From Candidatus Hermodarchaeum yapensis (GTDB taxonomy: Archaea; Asgardarchaeota; Hermodarchaeia; Hermodarchaeales; Hermodarchaeaceae), in NCBI GenBank assembly GCA_016840405.1, contig JAEOSK010000011.1:2634-66633 (forward strand): 64,000 nucleotides of DNA. Reading direction: 5' to 3'. This document shows, piece by piece, positions 1 through 9,328 of the stretch. Within the stretch, counting starts at the first letter, position 1. Each line of letters opens with the position of its first letter. The notes below the pieces were generated by a model. That model did no database searches, was not told where the DNA came from, and saw only the letters and a list, made by a program, of their open reading frames with translations. A program made the position numbers and the translations under genes.

Positions 1-521
1 TACGGAAATGCGGGGTAAACCACGACTAGGAGACTTGTTACGACAAGAATGAAGAGGCGTTCTGATCGGGCAGCAAGTCCCACGTCAGTGTCTGTGACGC
101 CAGCCGCTTGTGCCCGACTGCGTGCATAGCTAACTAGCAAACTCCCCGTTATTGCTAGGGCCACCCACCATACAGTAGGACCAAGTTGTGGTAATGGATT
201 GAGAAGCCACAAGAAAGGGAAAAGCACAATCACGTCAACAAGGCGATCTAGCATGGAATCGAAAAATCCTCCAGTGACTGACATTTGGTTTGTCTGTCGG
301 GCGACTTCTCCATCGACGCCATCTAGAAGCCCGGCACAAAACACCAACAAGGCATAGATGACATACCAGTGAAAGAGGAGGAGAACAATTGCGGCACAAA
401 GACCAAGGAGGAAGGCGAGCACACTGATCACATTTGGCGAAATGCCTAGACGAATGAATCCGCGAGCGACGATTCGAACGAGGGGACCGAACACCCGACG
501 AAGGCGAAAGCGTGAAGGCAT
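1..521 (-). CDS. CDP-alcohol phosphatidyltransferase family protein (N-terminal part; runs off left edge)
   Basis: Not in the ORF track (no stop in window). My translation from ATG at 521 gives MPSRFRLRRVFGPLVRIVARGF.... It contains the family motif 'DGVDGEVARQTNQMSVTGGFFDSMLDRLVD' (DGxxAR..G..D..D) and several hydrophobic helices. Confidence 0.75.
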   Translation of the reverse strand, partial: MPSRFRLRRVFGPLVRIVARGFIRLGISPNVISVLAFLLGLCAAIVLLLFHWYVIYALLVFCAGLLDGVDGEVARQTNQMSVTGGFFDSMLDRLVDVIVLFPFLWLLNPLPQLGPTVWWVALAITGSLLVSYARSRAQAAGVTDTDVGLAARSERLFILVVTSLLVVVYPAFP

Positions 522-542
522 GATTCTCGTGTCTCTGTCTAG

Positions 543-1550
543 TTAATGTAGTGCATTACCTTTTGTGTCTAACACCGCGGAAGTTACTTCAGCATTTGGA
601 GGAACCTGCGTACGAGGGAAGGTGACACAGCGTGACAGCTGGGTATTTGATTCAACAATAGTGTGATCCCCGAGGCTAGTACCATCTCGAATTACACAAT
701 TCGTTCCAATTTTTATTTCAGCACCCAGCAGAAGTGGACCCTCCAACAGCGAGTTTTCCCCTATTGTAAGAGTGTCATTTTCTACAGGACCTGACATCGA
801 AGTGTTCGGAGGAAGATAGGTGCCAGCGGGGACCGGGGTGGGAGGCCAACCTTTGGATAGAATATGGTGATTCAAGGCAACGAGATCAGCTGGGGTGTCA
901 ATATCAAACCATCCCTCATCTGTAACAGGAATTCCCCGAATAGATTGACCCTGAGCGAGCCAGCATTGCAAGAGATCAAAGATTGTTGAAGGTTCCCCTT
1001 TACACGTGGCTAACGTGTGTTCAAAGAATGCAGAAGTCGCTTTTAGTGCGGGTAGCCCAGAATAGTATTCGGGGATAAATGCGGGGGATTGGGTTAATTC
1101 ATGGATATGTTGAGATGAATCGAGTTGGAGGAGCGTGCCTGGCCGACGAGTTTGTGGATCGTATAGAAGTGCCACCTCCTCTGATGTGTTCGTAAGTTGT
1201 TGCAGATTGGTGGCAGAGATGTATAAATCACCGGGGATGAGGATGCACGGAGTGTTGGCTGATAAGTAGGGGAGGACTGACTGGAAGGAAGCTAATGGGC
1301 TGTGTTCCCAGTTTGTTGCTAGCACTGGTCGGATATGTGGAGCCAAGAAGGAATTGGTTAGATATTGTTGAATTTGGTCGCTGGCATATCCCATGGTTAC
1401 GAGTATCTTGGTGATGCCTGTTGTGATGACGGCTGTGAGTAAATAGTCCAGAAGGGGGCGATTGGCTGCAGGGAGAAGCGGTTTGGGATGGTAATCGGTA
1501 ATAGGAATAAGGCGGGAACCACGACCACTGGCCAAGATTATTGCCTGCAC
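543..1550 (-). CDS. Sugar-phosphate nucleotidyltransferase with C-terminal left-handed beta-helix region
   Basis: N-terminus 'MQAIILASGRGSRLIPITDYHPKPLLP' is the NTP-transferase G-rich loop. The C-terminal third has hexapeptide-like repeats. It lies 21 nt upstream of the CDP-alcohol transferase. Confidence 0.75.
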   Translation of the reverse strand: MQAIILASGRGSRLIPITDYHPKPLLPAANRPLLDYLLTAVITTGITKILVTMGYASDQIQQYLTNSFLAPHIRPVLATNWEHSPLASFQSVLPYLSANTPCILIPGDLYISATNLQQLTNTSEEVALLYDPQTRRPGTLLQLDSSQHIHELTQSPAFIPEYYSGLPALKATSAFFEHTLATCKGEPSTIFDLLQCWLAQGQSIRGIPVTDEGWFDIDTPADLVALNHHILSKGWPPTPVPAGTYLPPNTSMSGPVENDTLTIGENSLLEGPLLLGAEIKIGTNCVIRDGTSLGDHTIVESNTQLSRCVTFPRTQVPPNAEVTSAVLDTKGNALH

Positions 1551-1578
1551 AGATGGAGCCTCGAACAGATTTTATGCG

Positions 1579-2244
1579 ATGGATGTTCTCTACATTAGTG
1601 GTGGCAACTCAAAAATGACTAGGCGTCTGACAGTCAACCCGGAGAATCCGGAGTCAGATGTAATCCAAGAGGTAGTGAATCTCATTCGAAGTCGTGGAAT
1701 TGTCATTCTCCCGACAGATACTGCTTATGGCTTGGCGGGGAACCCAGCAGATGCCACCATTGTCAATCGTGTATTAACAATAAAAGAACGAACCGATAAA
1801 CCGGGGATGCCACTTCTAGTAGGAAATATTGCGCAAGCTCTTTTCCTTGGCAAATTCACACCGGTTGCTCAAACTATAGCCACCCAATTTTGGCCTGGAG
1901 CGCTCACACTCATTGTTCCCGGACGTCGACCATTCCCACCAGGAATTTCAGGACCAGATCGCTCTCTCGCACTTCGGATACCCAACCATCCTGTAGCCAT
2001 CGCAGTCATCCATTCACTGGGTTATTCCATTATTGGAACTAGTGCTAACAAATCCGAATTACCTAGCCCTCGAACTGCTGATGCAGCCGCAGAACAAGTG
2101 GGATCCTTAGTTGATCTTATCATCGACGCAGGACCCACTCACCATGATGCTGATTCTACCATCATCAATTGCACAGTTGAACCACCAGTAATCATTCGCG
2201 AAGGGGCTATACGAGCTGCAGAGTTAGACCCATTTCTTGAGTGA
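1579..2244 (+). CDS. tsaC: L-threonylcarbamoyladenylate synthase (Sua5/YrdC/TsaC domain)
   Basis: 'VILPTDTAYGLAGNPAD...IKERTDKPGMPLLV...FWPGALTLIV' is typical of the YrdC fold. The start may instead be Met13 (1615). Confidence 0.85.
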   Translation: MDVLYISGGNSKMTRRLTVNPENPESDVIQEVVNLIRSRGIVILPTDTAYGLAGNPADATIVNRVLTIKERTDKPGMPLLVGNIAQALFLGKFTPVAQTIATQFWPGALTLIVPGRRPFPPGISGPDRSLALRIPNHPVAIAVIHSLGYSIIGTSANKSELPSPRTADAAAEQVGSLVDLIIDAGPTHHDADSTIINCTVEPPVIIREGAIRAAELDPFLE

Positions 2245-2305
2245 GAAGAAAACCTGTAGTCCGTTGACAGAGAAAAACGGTTCCTGAAGATTTAAAAACG
2301 GAAGC

Positions 2306-2854
2306 GTGCACCCATTGAGCCATATGCTGTCGGTCAATGATGAATTTAATTTGCTAATATCCTGTCGACGGTTTCAAGAAGCCGAAAGTTGTCAAGAGCT
2401 GCGGCGGATTATCGACGAGGATCCGACTCTGGGAACGCTTGAATGGTGTAAAATGACAGGAATCACATGTCTTGTGGTTGGAAAAATCAGTCTAGATGCA
2501 CACGAGTTTGTGATAAAATTAAATAAAATTGTCCATCGAATGCCTTGGATTATCAAGGATTTGCTGAAAATCCATCCTATTGATTTAGTGGTTGAAAGCA
2601 CCTTTGATGGAATTCGAGCGGGGAGTAAGAAACTAGCTAAAGGCATGACGAAATCCGCGAAGTTTCGTGTAAACTTGAACCGCAGAGATACTGGTTTGGA
2701 CCGAGATAAATTATTACATGAAATCGCCACGCAGTTTCCAGGAAAAGTTGATCTCGAAGCATATGACTGGGTTGTAGGTGTTGAAATTCTAGGACCAGTA
2801 ACAGGTCTTGCCTTGCTCCGAGAAGACGAAATTGTGACACTTCGTCGTCCTTAA
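2306..2854 (+). CDS. THUMP-domain RNA-binding protein
   Basis: About 180 aa. The C-terminal 'FRVNLNRRD...VDLEAYDWVVGVEILGPVTGLALL' resembles the THUMP domain end. Family assignment is from memory. Confidence 0.55.
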   Translation: MHPLSHMLSVNDEFNLLISCRRFQEAESCQELRRIIDEDPTLGTLEWCKMTGITCLVVGKISLDAHEFVIKLNKIVHRMPWIIKDLLKIHPIDLVVESTFDGIRAGSKKLAKGMTKSAKFRVNLNRRDTGLDRDKLLHEIATQFPGKVDLEAYDWVVGVEILGPVTGLALLREDEIVTLRRP

Positions 2855-3459
2855 CGAGAAATTGCGAGAAGCGCACATCGATCATATACAAGTTTTTGTA
2901 GCGCCGCTATTCGATCTTCAGAACTCTCCGAAATCATTATCGCATCGAGTTCTCTTGCTGTAATTTGATAAGCGTCTTGAATGGCTTGTTCCTTCTTTTT
3001 TGAATTTATTTCTAACACGACTGGATCATCGGTTACATTAGCAAGATGTAAGAAATCTTGATGAACATTTTGAATCTTTGTGATGCTCTCACCAATGATT
3101 ACCCCACCAAGGTGTAACGTGGATTCTGTAATCCCTAATAGGTTCAACGCTTGAGAAATTTGACGTTGAGCGGCAGCAAATCGAAGGAGTTCCATGGCAA
3201 GGGTTGAAGCGCGCTGCGTACCGCGATGAAACGCGGTTAAAGCATGGATTGCAGCGAAGAGTAAATGTTTGGGACTAGCTACAGTATCGGCATTGACTAA
3301 TTGAAATGTGGCATCATGATCGAATGCAATCCGTTGAGCTAATTCCACGAGGTCAGAAGATGCCCCTGATTTTGCTAGAGTGCCACCAAATATGCCGATC
3401 TGGTGAAGCATCGGACCAATGCGTGTTTCTTGGAGAAGTAGAGATGTCATCTTTTTCAC
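2851..3459 (-). CDS. cgi121: KEOPS subunit Cgi121
   Basis: 'FQLVNADTVASPKHLLFAAIHAL' and 'MELLRFAAAQRQISQALNLLG' parallel M. jannaschii Cgi121 'FQILNADVVATKKHVLHAINQA' and 'MEILVRASGQRQIHEAIKIIG' (recalled). Confidence 0.8.
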   Translation of the reverse strand: MKKMTSLLLQETRIGPMLHQIGIFGGTLAKSGASSDLVELAQRIAFDHDATFQLVNADTVASPKHLLFAAIHALTAFHRGTQRASTLAMELLRFAAAQRQISQALNLLGITESTLHLGGVIIGESITKIQNVHQDFLHLANVTDDPVVLEINSKKKEQAIQDAYQITARELDAIMISESSEDRIAALQKLVYDRCALLAISR

Positions 3460-3488
3460 CTGAAGATTGGGAAATCATTTGCAACTGA

Positions 3489-4280
3489 TTAGAAGGGGAA
3501 GGTCCAGAAAAACCAATCTGGTAGGGGTGAAGGAAGCATGGTTCGAAGGATGAAAGTTACGTAGAGCCCAAGTAGCAGTAATAGGAGTGAATAGATCATG
3601 AGGGCAAAATCACGTTTTCGCAACTTAAGACCATACAGGCTAGTCCGTGATGCTGTAGAACCGAAGGCACGGGATTCAAGGCTTTCTGCCACTTGAAGAG
3701 CGCGGCGTATTGAGCTAACGATAACAGGAATTAGGATGGGAATATAGTTACGAACACGTTGGAGGATGTTGCCGCTTTCTAATTCAAGACCTCGCGACAT
3801 TTGGGCGTCACGAATGGTTTCCGTTTCTGTAGCGATGGTGGGAACATAGCGTACAGCCATGGAGAACGCAAAGGCGAATTCGTAGGGTATGTGCATTTCT
3901 ATGAGGGCTTGGGCGAAGTCGTCGGGATGGACGGTTAGAAAGAAGATGGAAAATGCCGTCATTAATGCTGTGAGTCGTAGAACGGTGGATACCGCGAAGG
4001 AGAAGCTGATAAAGTATGAGTTTATGATGAGAATGAACCCTGCGAGAAAGGCAAGCCCCTTGAGGCTTCGGGACCATTGCCCGATGGACTTAGCTAGGAG
4101 GACAAACGGAAGCATAGATAGTATGATGATTAAGAGCGGGAGGAGTTCCAGAAAGAGCATAGCAAGAACGGAAAAACACACCGCCATGAAAAACGTAGTG
4201 CGGGGATCGAGGCCGTGCATGAAGGTGTGCTTCTGCTTAAACCGAAATGCTTCAAAGATAGCAGCCATGTGACGCTTCAC
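3489..4280 (-). CDS. ecfT: ECF transporter transmembrane (T) component
   Basis: Polytopic membrane protein of CbiQ/EcfT type with 'AQMSRGLELESG' (Arg-containing coupling helix region). It overlaps ecfA by 4 nt. Confidence 0.8.
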   Translation of the reverse strand: MKRHMAAIFEAFRFKQKHTFMHGLDPRTTFFMAVCFSVLAMLFLELLPLLIIILSMLPFVLLAKSIGQWSRSLKGLAFLAGFILIINSYFISFSFAVSTVLRLTALMTAFSIFFLTVHPDDFAQALIEMHIPYEFAFAFSMAVRYVPTIATETETIRDAQMSRGLELESGNILQRVRNYIPILIPVIVSSIRRALQVAESLESRAFGSTASRTSLYGLKLRKRDFALMIYSLLLLLLGLYVTFILRTMLPSPLPDWFFWTFPF

Positions 4281-5104
4281 CTAGACCTCCGGAGTATTTG
4301 ATTAACCGCCTTGACTGCTTCAGTAAGTGTCAAGAGATCAGTAGGAAATCGTGGTTCATGTTCAGCGAGTTGGTGGGCAAACTGGGTGAGTTGCGGAGGT
4401 AAAAGGCGTGCCCGTTCTAGAATTGAAAGATTACTGAGAATTTGTCGAGGGGTTCCATCAGCAATAAGTTCACCCTGTGATAAAACGACAATACGGTCAA
4501 CGGCTTTGACAGCAAATTCAACATCATGAGTGACGAGCAATAGGATATGATTTGATTTGCGAAAAGAGGCTATAAAGTCAAGAAGTTTTTGTTTTTGCAG
4601 CGCGTCTTGCGCCTGAGTCGGTTCGTCTAAAATGAGCACCTGCGGTTCGACGCACAATACAGAAGCGAGAGCTAACCGTTTTCGTTCACCACCACTCAGC
4701 AGGAATGGAGATTGGTCCTGATACTTTGTGAGTTCAAACAGTGTCAGAAACCGATTCACCCGTTCATCAATTTCTTCTTTTGAAAAGTTTAGGTTTCGCA
4801 GCCCAAAGCCGATTTCCGCTTGAAGTGTGTCAGCAAAAAGTTGGTGATCCGCATTTTGGAATACAAATCCGACTTTTCGCGCAAGTTGTGCGGTGGATGT
4901 CTTGCGAGTATCAACGCCTTCGAGGTAAACTGTGCCACGTGTAGGTTTCAGCAGCCCATTGATATGCTTGGCCAAAGTGGTTTTTCCTGCACCGTTTTCC
5001 CCCATTAAAGCAACAGTTTCACCAGGTTGTATTTGCAGACTGAGGTTCCGAAGAACGGGTTGATTAGGTTCGTACTCGAACCAGACATCGTCAAAGAATA
5101 TCAT
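4277..5104 (-). CDS. ecfA: ECF transporter ATPase
   Basis: Walker A 'GENGAGKTT', signature 'LSGGERKRLALA', Walker B 'LILDEPT'. Confidence 0.9.
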   Translation of the reverse strand: MIFFDDVWFEYEPNQPVLRNLSLQIQPGETVALMGENGAGKTTLAKHINGLLKPTRGTVYLEGVDTRKTSTAQLARKVGFVFQNADHQLFADTLQAEIGFGLRNLNFSKEEIDERVNRFLTLFELTKYQDQSPFLLSGGERKRLALASVLCVEPQVLILDEPTQAQDALQKQKLLDFIASFRKSNHILLLVTHDVEFAVKAVDRIVVLSQGELIADGTPRQILSNLSILERARLLPPQLTQFAHQLAEHEPRFPTDLLTLTEAVKAVNQILRRSR

Positions 5105-5940
5105 TTGCGAAGCTCCTGCAAGATCGTTTTCACCGCTTGGTCAACTGAGAGGTCAGTGGCCGCGCGGATATTGGGATGCTTTATACGTTTCAAAAGCTGG
5201 ATTATGGGGGGCACAGCTACTCCAACCTTAGCAACGGTAGGTTTGTTGATAACCTGACTGGGTGGACCCTTGGTAAGTATGCGTCCTTCTGCTAAGACAA
5301 CGAGTTCTTGGATGTGTGGGAGCACGAGTTCCAGTCGATGTTCAATTAATAAAATCGTTAGCCGCATATCCCGATTTAACTGGGCAAGCAGTTCTAAAAC
5401 TTCAAATGCTGAAAGAGGGTCAAGGTTAGCCGTGGGTTCATCTAGGACGAGGATATCCGGTTGGAGTGCTAAAACGGCTGCAATAGCAACGCGTTGCTGT
5501 TCGCCACCCGATAATTCGTAGGGTGCTTTATCTCGAATATCTTCAAGATGAATTTGTTGTATTAGAGTTTCAACTCGGTGGCGAATTTCATTACGGGGAA
5601 CTCCGAGATTCTCTGGACCAAATGCCAGTTCCCGTTCCACCGTTGGAGCAATTAATTGATTTTCTGGATTCTGAAATACTAAACCGACTTTCTGCGCTAG
5701 CTCATGTGCGGGGTGTTCTTGAGTATCTAAACCATGGACTTTGACTGATCCTTCAAGGGTCCCAGGATGAAAATGCGGAATTAACCCATTCAAACATCGG
5801 GCGAGAGTAGTTTTTCCACAGCCGCTGGGTCCAACTAGCCCGAAAAACGCCCCTTGAGGGATAGATAGAGAAATATTGTCTAAGACTTTGGTGTCGGAAG
5901 TCGAATACGTGAAGGAGAGCTGGTCAATTTCAATGCTCAC
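5101..5940 (-). CDS. ecfA: ECF transporter ATPase (second copy)
   Basis: Walker A 'GPSGCGKTT', signature 'LSGGEQQRVAIA', Walker B 'LVLDEPT'. Confidence 0.9.
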   Translation of the reverse strand: MSIEIDQLSFTYSTSDTKVLDNISLSIPQGAFFGLVGPSGCGKTTLARCLNGLIPHFHPGTLEGSVKVHGLDTQEHPAHELAQKVGLVFQNPENQLIAPTVERELAFGPENLGVPRNEIRHRVETLIQQIHLEDIRDKAPYELSGGEQQRVAIAAVLALQPDILVLDEPTANLDPLSAFEVLELLAQLNRDMRLTILLIEHRLELVLPHIQELVVLAEGRILTKGPPSQVINKPTVAKVGVAVPPIIQLLKRIKHPNIRAATDLSVDQAVKTILQELRK

Positions 5941-5946
5941 ACTGGG

Positions 5947-6984
5947 TCACCCAACGGCACCTGAATTCGGGGTCGTGTGGGATGTGTCATGATGGTCTTT
6001 TAGAGTTTTCCGGAGCAATTGTAATGCTAACCCTAAGGCATGATCGCTGGATGCCTTTCCATTAGCCCCCGCCGCTGAGGGATGGCCTCCTCCGGCACCT
6101 CCAATCAATTCACCCAGCGGCTCCATTACATCCTTGGCGAGATCTAACCCGTAATCACGGTTTACAGCGGAGTTGCATCGCGAGCTTACGCGAACTTCAT
6201 CCTTTTTCATGGCACAGGCAATAGCGATGTCTGCCCCTAACCCAATAAGGGCACGACTTGCACTAGCCTCATAGGAACGGATCGTTGTTGCAGCGATTAG
6301 GAGTCCAAATTCATCGTACACGACTGTTCGTTTTGCCGCCTTTAACCGGGCAACCCGCTCGGATTTGTCCAGTGGTGTAGAAAGAAGATTCAGAACGCGT
6401 TTAAAGTCTGCACCGTAGTGGAGTAATGAGAGAAAATGTTCAAAGGTCTTGTTTGTGGCGATATGAAAATGGCGGGAATCATATACAAGACCACAGGCTA
6501 GAAGCGTTGCCACATCAGGCGAAGGTGAATGGTCGCTAGCTTCCCAAATCTGTAGCACTAGTTCTGCTGTTGAACATATTTCATCATCATAAAGGCTGAA
6601 GTCAACGAGTTTGGGAAGATCCTTGTGCGGCACGTGGTGGTCAATGCAAAAAGTGGTAACATCTTTTTTTGGGAGATAAGGGGCTAGAGTGCCCATTTGT
6701 TCGACATTATTCAAATCGATCAAGATTATTGTAGAATGTAAGGCAAGATTTTGGGGAGTGGCAAGGGGGAGGTTGAAGGCGTTGGCTACATTTTTTGCGC
6801 TTCGATTGAGACTTTCAGCGAATATTTGAACGTTAATTTTAGAACGAAGTGTGAGGAGATTTGCTAGGGCGGCTGCACTTCCCACGGCATCAGGATCAGC
6901 ACTTTGGTGCATGACAATTGCTGCTGAGTCTTTGATGTGGTCTGTAAGTGTTGTAAGTAATTGAGAAGGGGATAATTGTTTCAA
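5947..6984 (-). CDS. DHH/DHHA1 phosphoesterase (NrnA-like)
   Basis: 'HQSADPDAVGSAAALA', 'IDHHVPH' and 'GGGHPSAAGA' motifs. Confidence 0.8.
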   Translation of the reverse strand: MKQLSPSQLLTTLTDHIKDSAAIVMHQSADPDAVGSAAALANLLTLRSKINVQIFAESLNRSAKNVANAFNLPLATPQNLALHSTIILIDLNNVEQMGTLAPYLPKKDVTTFCIDHHVPHKDLPKLVDFSLYDDEICSTAELVLQIWEASDHSPSPDVATLLACGLVYDSRHFHIATNKTFEHFLSLLHYGADFKRVLNLLSTPLDKSERVARLKAAKRTVVYDEFGLLIAATTIRSYEASASRALIGLGADIAIACAMKKDEVRVSSRCNSAVNRDYGLDLAKDVMEPLGELIGGAGGGHPSAAGANGKASSDHALGLALQLLRKTLKDHHDTSHTTPNSGAVG

Positions 6985-7037
6985 GGGATAGACCCGCCAT
7001 CATTTTTGTGATGCCGGTGGCAGGCTTGGATTTCGTA

Positions 7038-7403
7038 CTAGCCTGCGGGGGCAGGACCTGGTTGACCTAGCATTCCTCGGAGGGTTTCTTGGAGAGTTTC
7101 GAATTGTTTCCGTAATTGGGCTTCCTGTTTTTCTAGTGATTTCACTCGAACTTCCAAGGCCTCGTTCTGTTCCTCCAAGGCTTTTTTCGCACTGGCTTTA
7201 GTTGTCTTAAAGAGTAATGGACCAGCGGCTTGATAGACCACACTCTTTGCGGTAAGGCCCTTCACCTGCTCAAGGGCATTATTGGTTTCGGCAAATTGCT
7301 GTTTGACTTGGACCAGCAAGGCGGTTACATATTGTAAACTATCACGTGTTTGTTGAACTCGCGCAAGTTGTTGGCGAACACGTGGTGGAAGTTCTTCACC
7401 CAT
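7038..7403 (-). CDS. pfdB: Prefoldin beta subunit
   Basis: 121 aa coiled-coil protein with 'PPRVRQQLARVQQTRDSLQ' at the N-terminus and beta-hairpin 'VYQAAGPLLFKTT'. The position after pcc1 is conserved. Confidence 0.8.
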   Translation of the reverse strand: MGEELPPRVRQQLARVQQTRDSLQYVTALLVQVKQQFAETNNALEQVKGLTAKSVVYQAAGPLLFKTTKASAKKALEEQNEALEVRVKSLEKQEAQLRKQFETLQETLRGMLGQPGPAPAG

Positions 7404-7692
7404 TTTTCATCACCGTAAATTGGTGTACACCATCAGCCACCAAATACAATCGCACAAGCGAAGTGGCGGCGGCACGAAGCGCCGTAACGTCCTTGGCAGC
7501 AAGGTGAAACACTAGTTGATTCTGATTGGACTTAACCAGAAGCGCAACTCTTTTTGAATCTATCGACGCAAATTCTGGTTTTAGGGCAGCAAGGACTGCA
7601 TCCCGGTTTGCGGGATTTTTTGCATGGAGTGTTATGGTAAGCTTGTATTGTTGAGTTTGTGCTGAATTCGAGTTCCCGGGAGGAGTTACCAT
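7396..7692 (-). CDS. pcc1: KEOPS subunit Pcc1
   Basis: About 98 aa. 'LVFHLAAKDVTALRAAATSLVRLYLVA' matches the Pcc1 C-terminal pattern (I..A.D..ALR....S.LR). It sits between Brix and prefoldin beta, the conserved context. Confidence 0.7.
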   Translation of the reverse strand: MVTPPGNSNSAQTQQYKLTITLHAKNPANRDAVLAALKPEFASIDSKRVALLVKSNQNQLVFHLAAKDVTALRAAATSLVRLYLVADGVHQFTVMKNG

Positions 7693-8246
7693 CGTTTATG
7701 ATCTCCCATTGGTTTGGTTAGGAATTGTTTGGTTACTATTGAAGGCCCTAGTGGTTGTTGTTCATCCAGAGACAAAAAATCTATCGACTTGTATTGAGCA
7801 ATTCCCACCCGTAGCAGTGCTGCTTTCCCTTTCTGTGTTGGAAGTTCTTCGCGAGTAGAATACGGCACATCTATTGCCTGTGCTAGTAGTTTAGCTTTAT
7901 TTTGGTCAGGTGAGGAATCGGGTATGACATACAGATTTTTGATTCCACTTGTGGGTTTAACCTTGCTTTCTCGAAGTAATCGGGTTGTTTTTATTATGAT
8001 GGTGGGAGGTTGAAATTCCCAGATTTCACCGTTAAATTCAAGAAATCCAAGGCGCCCCGGGTTTCCATGATAGGCTCCAACAAGCATTATTCGCGTTGAA
8101 CCAAGATTCTGTGCTGTATCACAGAACTCACCAAAGCTTTGTTTGCCTCGAGTAAAGCGAATGGACCCTGGAATTACCCGAGAGAGTTCTTTAATGAAGC
8201 TACGAATACGTTGAGTGGGTTTACGAGTCGTCCCAATGGCAATCAC
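7686..8246 (-). CDS. Brix-domain (Imp4-like) ribosome biogenesis protein
   Basis: 'MIAIGTTRKPTQRIRSFIKELSRVIP' is a typical archaeal Brix N-terminus. The context is conserved. Confidence 0.75.
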   Translation of the reverse strand: MIAIGTTRKPTQRIRSFIKELSRVIPGSIRFTRGKQSFGEFCDTAQNLGSTRIMLVGAYHGNPGRLGFLEFNGEIWEFQPPTIIIKTTRLLRESKVKPTSGIKNLYVIPDSSPDQNKAKLLAQAIDVPYSTREELPTQKGKAALLRVGIAQYKSIDFLSLDEQQPLGPSIVTKQFLTKPMGDHKRW

Positions 8247-8530
8247 TATGTTCGCCCGCTCGCAGAGCGTTCACGAAATGACCGGAGAATTTTCTGAGCG
8301 TCGGTAGCAGGAACATAAGCTCCACCTGTGTAGGTATGACCACATTTACGACAGGTCCAGATTCCGGTTGATAAGCGACGAACCGCTTTAGTTTGACAGC
8401 TGGGACATTTATGCAACATTTTCATGTTGGCTTCAATCTTTGCTACTCGCTGTCGAAGTGTGACTCCATATCGAGCGCCAAAACGCCCTGCTCGTCCTGC
8501 TTTCTTTGTTCGACCCATGGAATTACTCAC
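8246..8530 (-). CDS. rpl37ae: Ribosomal protein L37Ae (eL43)
   Basis: '[17 protein letters not shown]' followed by the zinc ribbon 'CPSC...CRKCG'. The likely start is Met5 (8518). Confidence 0.9.
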   Translation of the reverse strand: MSNSMGRTKKAGRAGRFGARYGVTLRQRVAKIEANMKMLHKCPSCQTKAVRRLSTGIWTCRKCGHTYTGGAYVPATDAQKILRSFRERSASGRT

Positions 8531-9327
8531 CGTTGGGGAAGCTGTTTACGCATCTTTTTAACAATTTTGCTCGCGCGTTCAATGGCATCAGTAACTTCCT
8601 GATATGTGAAAGGAACCCCACCAGACTTCTGCATCGAAGAGATGGTGTCATCACCATCAATAGCAATGGAAATTCGACCGTCCATGACATTCTCTTCTTC
8701 CAAGGTGGGATCAGCAACAAGTGTCCCATCAATTTTCGCAAAGGTGACCGTAAGTGGTGGTGGACCCATTTCGAGAGGAAACGTTTCTTCCAGTACTTCA
8801 GCTGTGCCGTCCTCAGTAACATTGACCTTTGGAAGTTTAGTGTTCATCAGAGCGCCGATTGCCGCCAGGGATGCCGCATCAATGAGATTACCATGGTCTG
8901 CAAGGATATACAAGTCTAACATGACCAAGTAAACGTGCTCACCAGATTTGATACATAAGGAAGACCGTTGAATCGCACTTGAATGGCGAATTCCACGATC
9001 CACCACTCGCGCTAATTCGATGGCTTGTTCACCAGGTGGACCCAACTCAAATTCAGGAGAAGCAATGGGAAAGAGTTCAGCGGAGGTAATAACAACTCCT
9101 TCATCAGGAGTGTCAGGGAAAGGCCTTCCGACCTGGATTTTAACACCAGCAAGTACTCGACTCTTACCTAACCACGCTTCAGAAGAACCCTCAGCCTTGG
9201 AAATAACGTCTTGAGTTAATTTGGTTGGTCGAATTTCATCAAAACCTCGACCGTCAACTCGCTTTCCTTCGCGTAGTAGCGTACTGATTCGTTCTCGATC
9301 AATTTCTGCAACTATTTTCATTATCAT
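8527..9327 (-). CDS. rrp42: Exosome subunit Rrp42
   Basis: RNase PH fold from '[34 protein letters not shown]'. The ATG at 9327 abuts the rrp41 stop (TGA, 9329-9331). The first 74 codons of the ORF-track 340-aa ORF are an alternative-frame read of the rrp41 tail. Confidence 0.9.
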   Translation of the reverse strand: MIMKIVAEIDRERISTLLREGKRVDGRGFDEIRPTKLTQDVISKAEGSSEAWLGKSRVLAGVKIQVGRPFPDTPDEGVVITSAELFPIASPEFELGPPGEQAIELARVVDRGIRHSSAIQRSSLCIKSGEHVYLVMLDLYILADHGNLIDAASLAAIGALMNTKLPKVNVTEDGTAEVLEETFPLEMGPPPLTVTFAKIDGTLVADPTLEEENVMDGRISIAIDGDDTISSMQKSGGVPFTYQEVTDAIERASKIVKKMRKQLPQR

Positions 9328-9328
9328 T

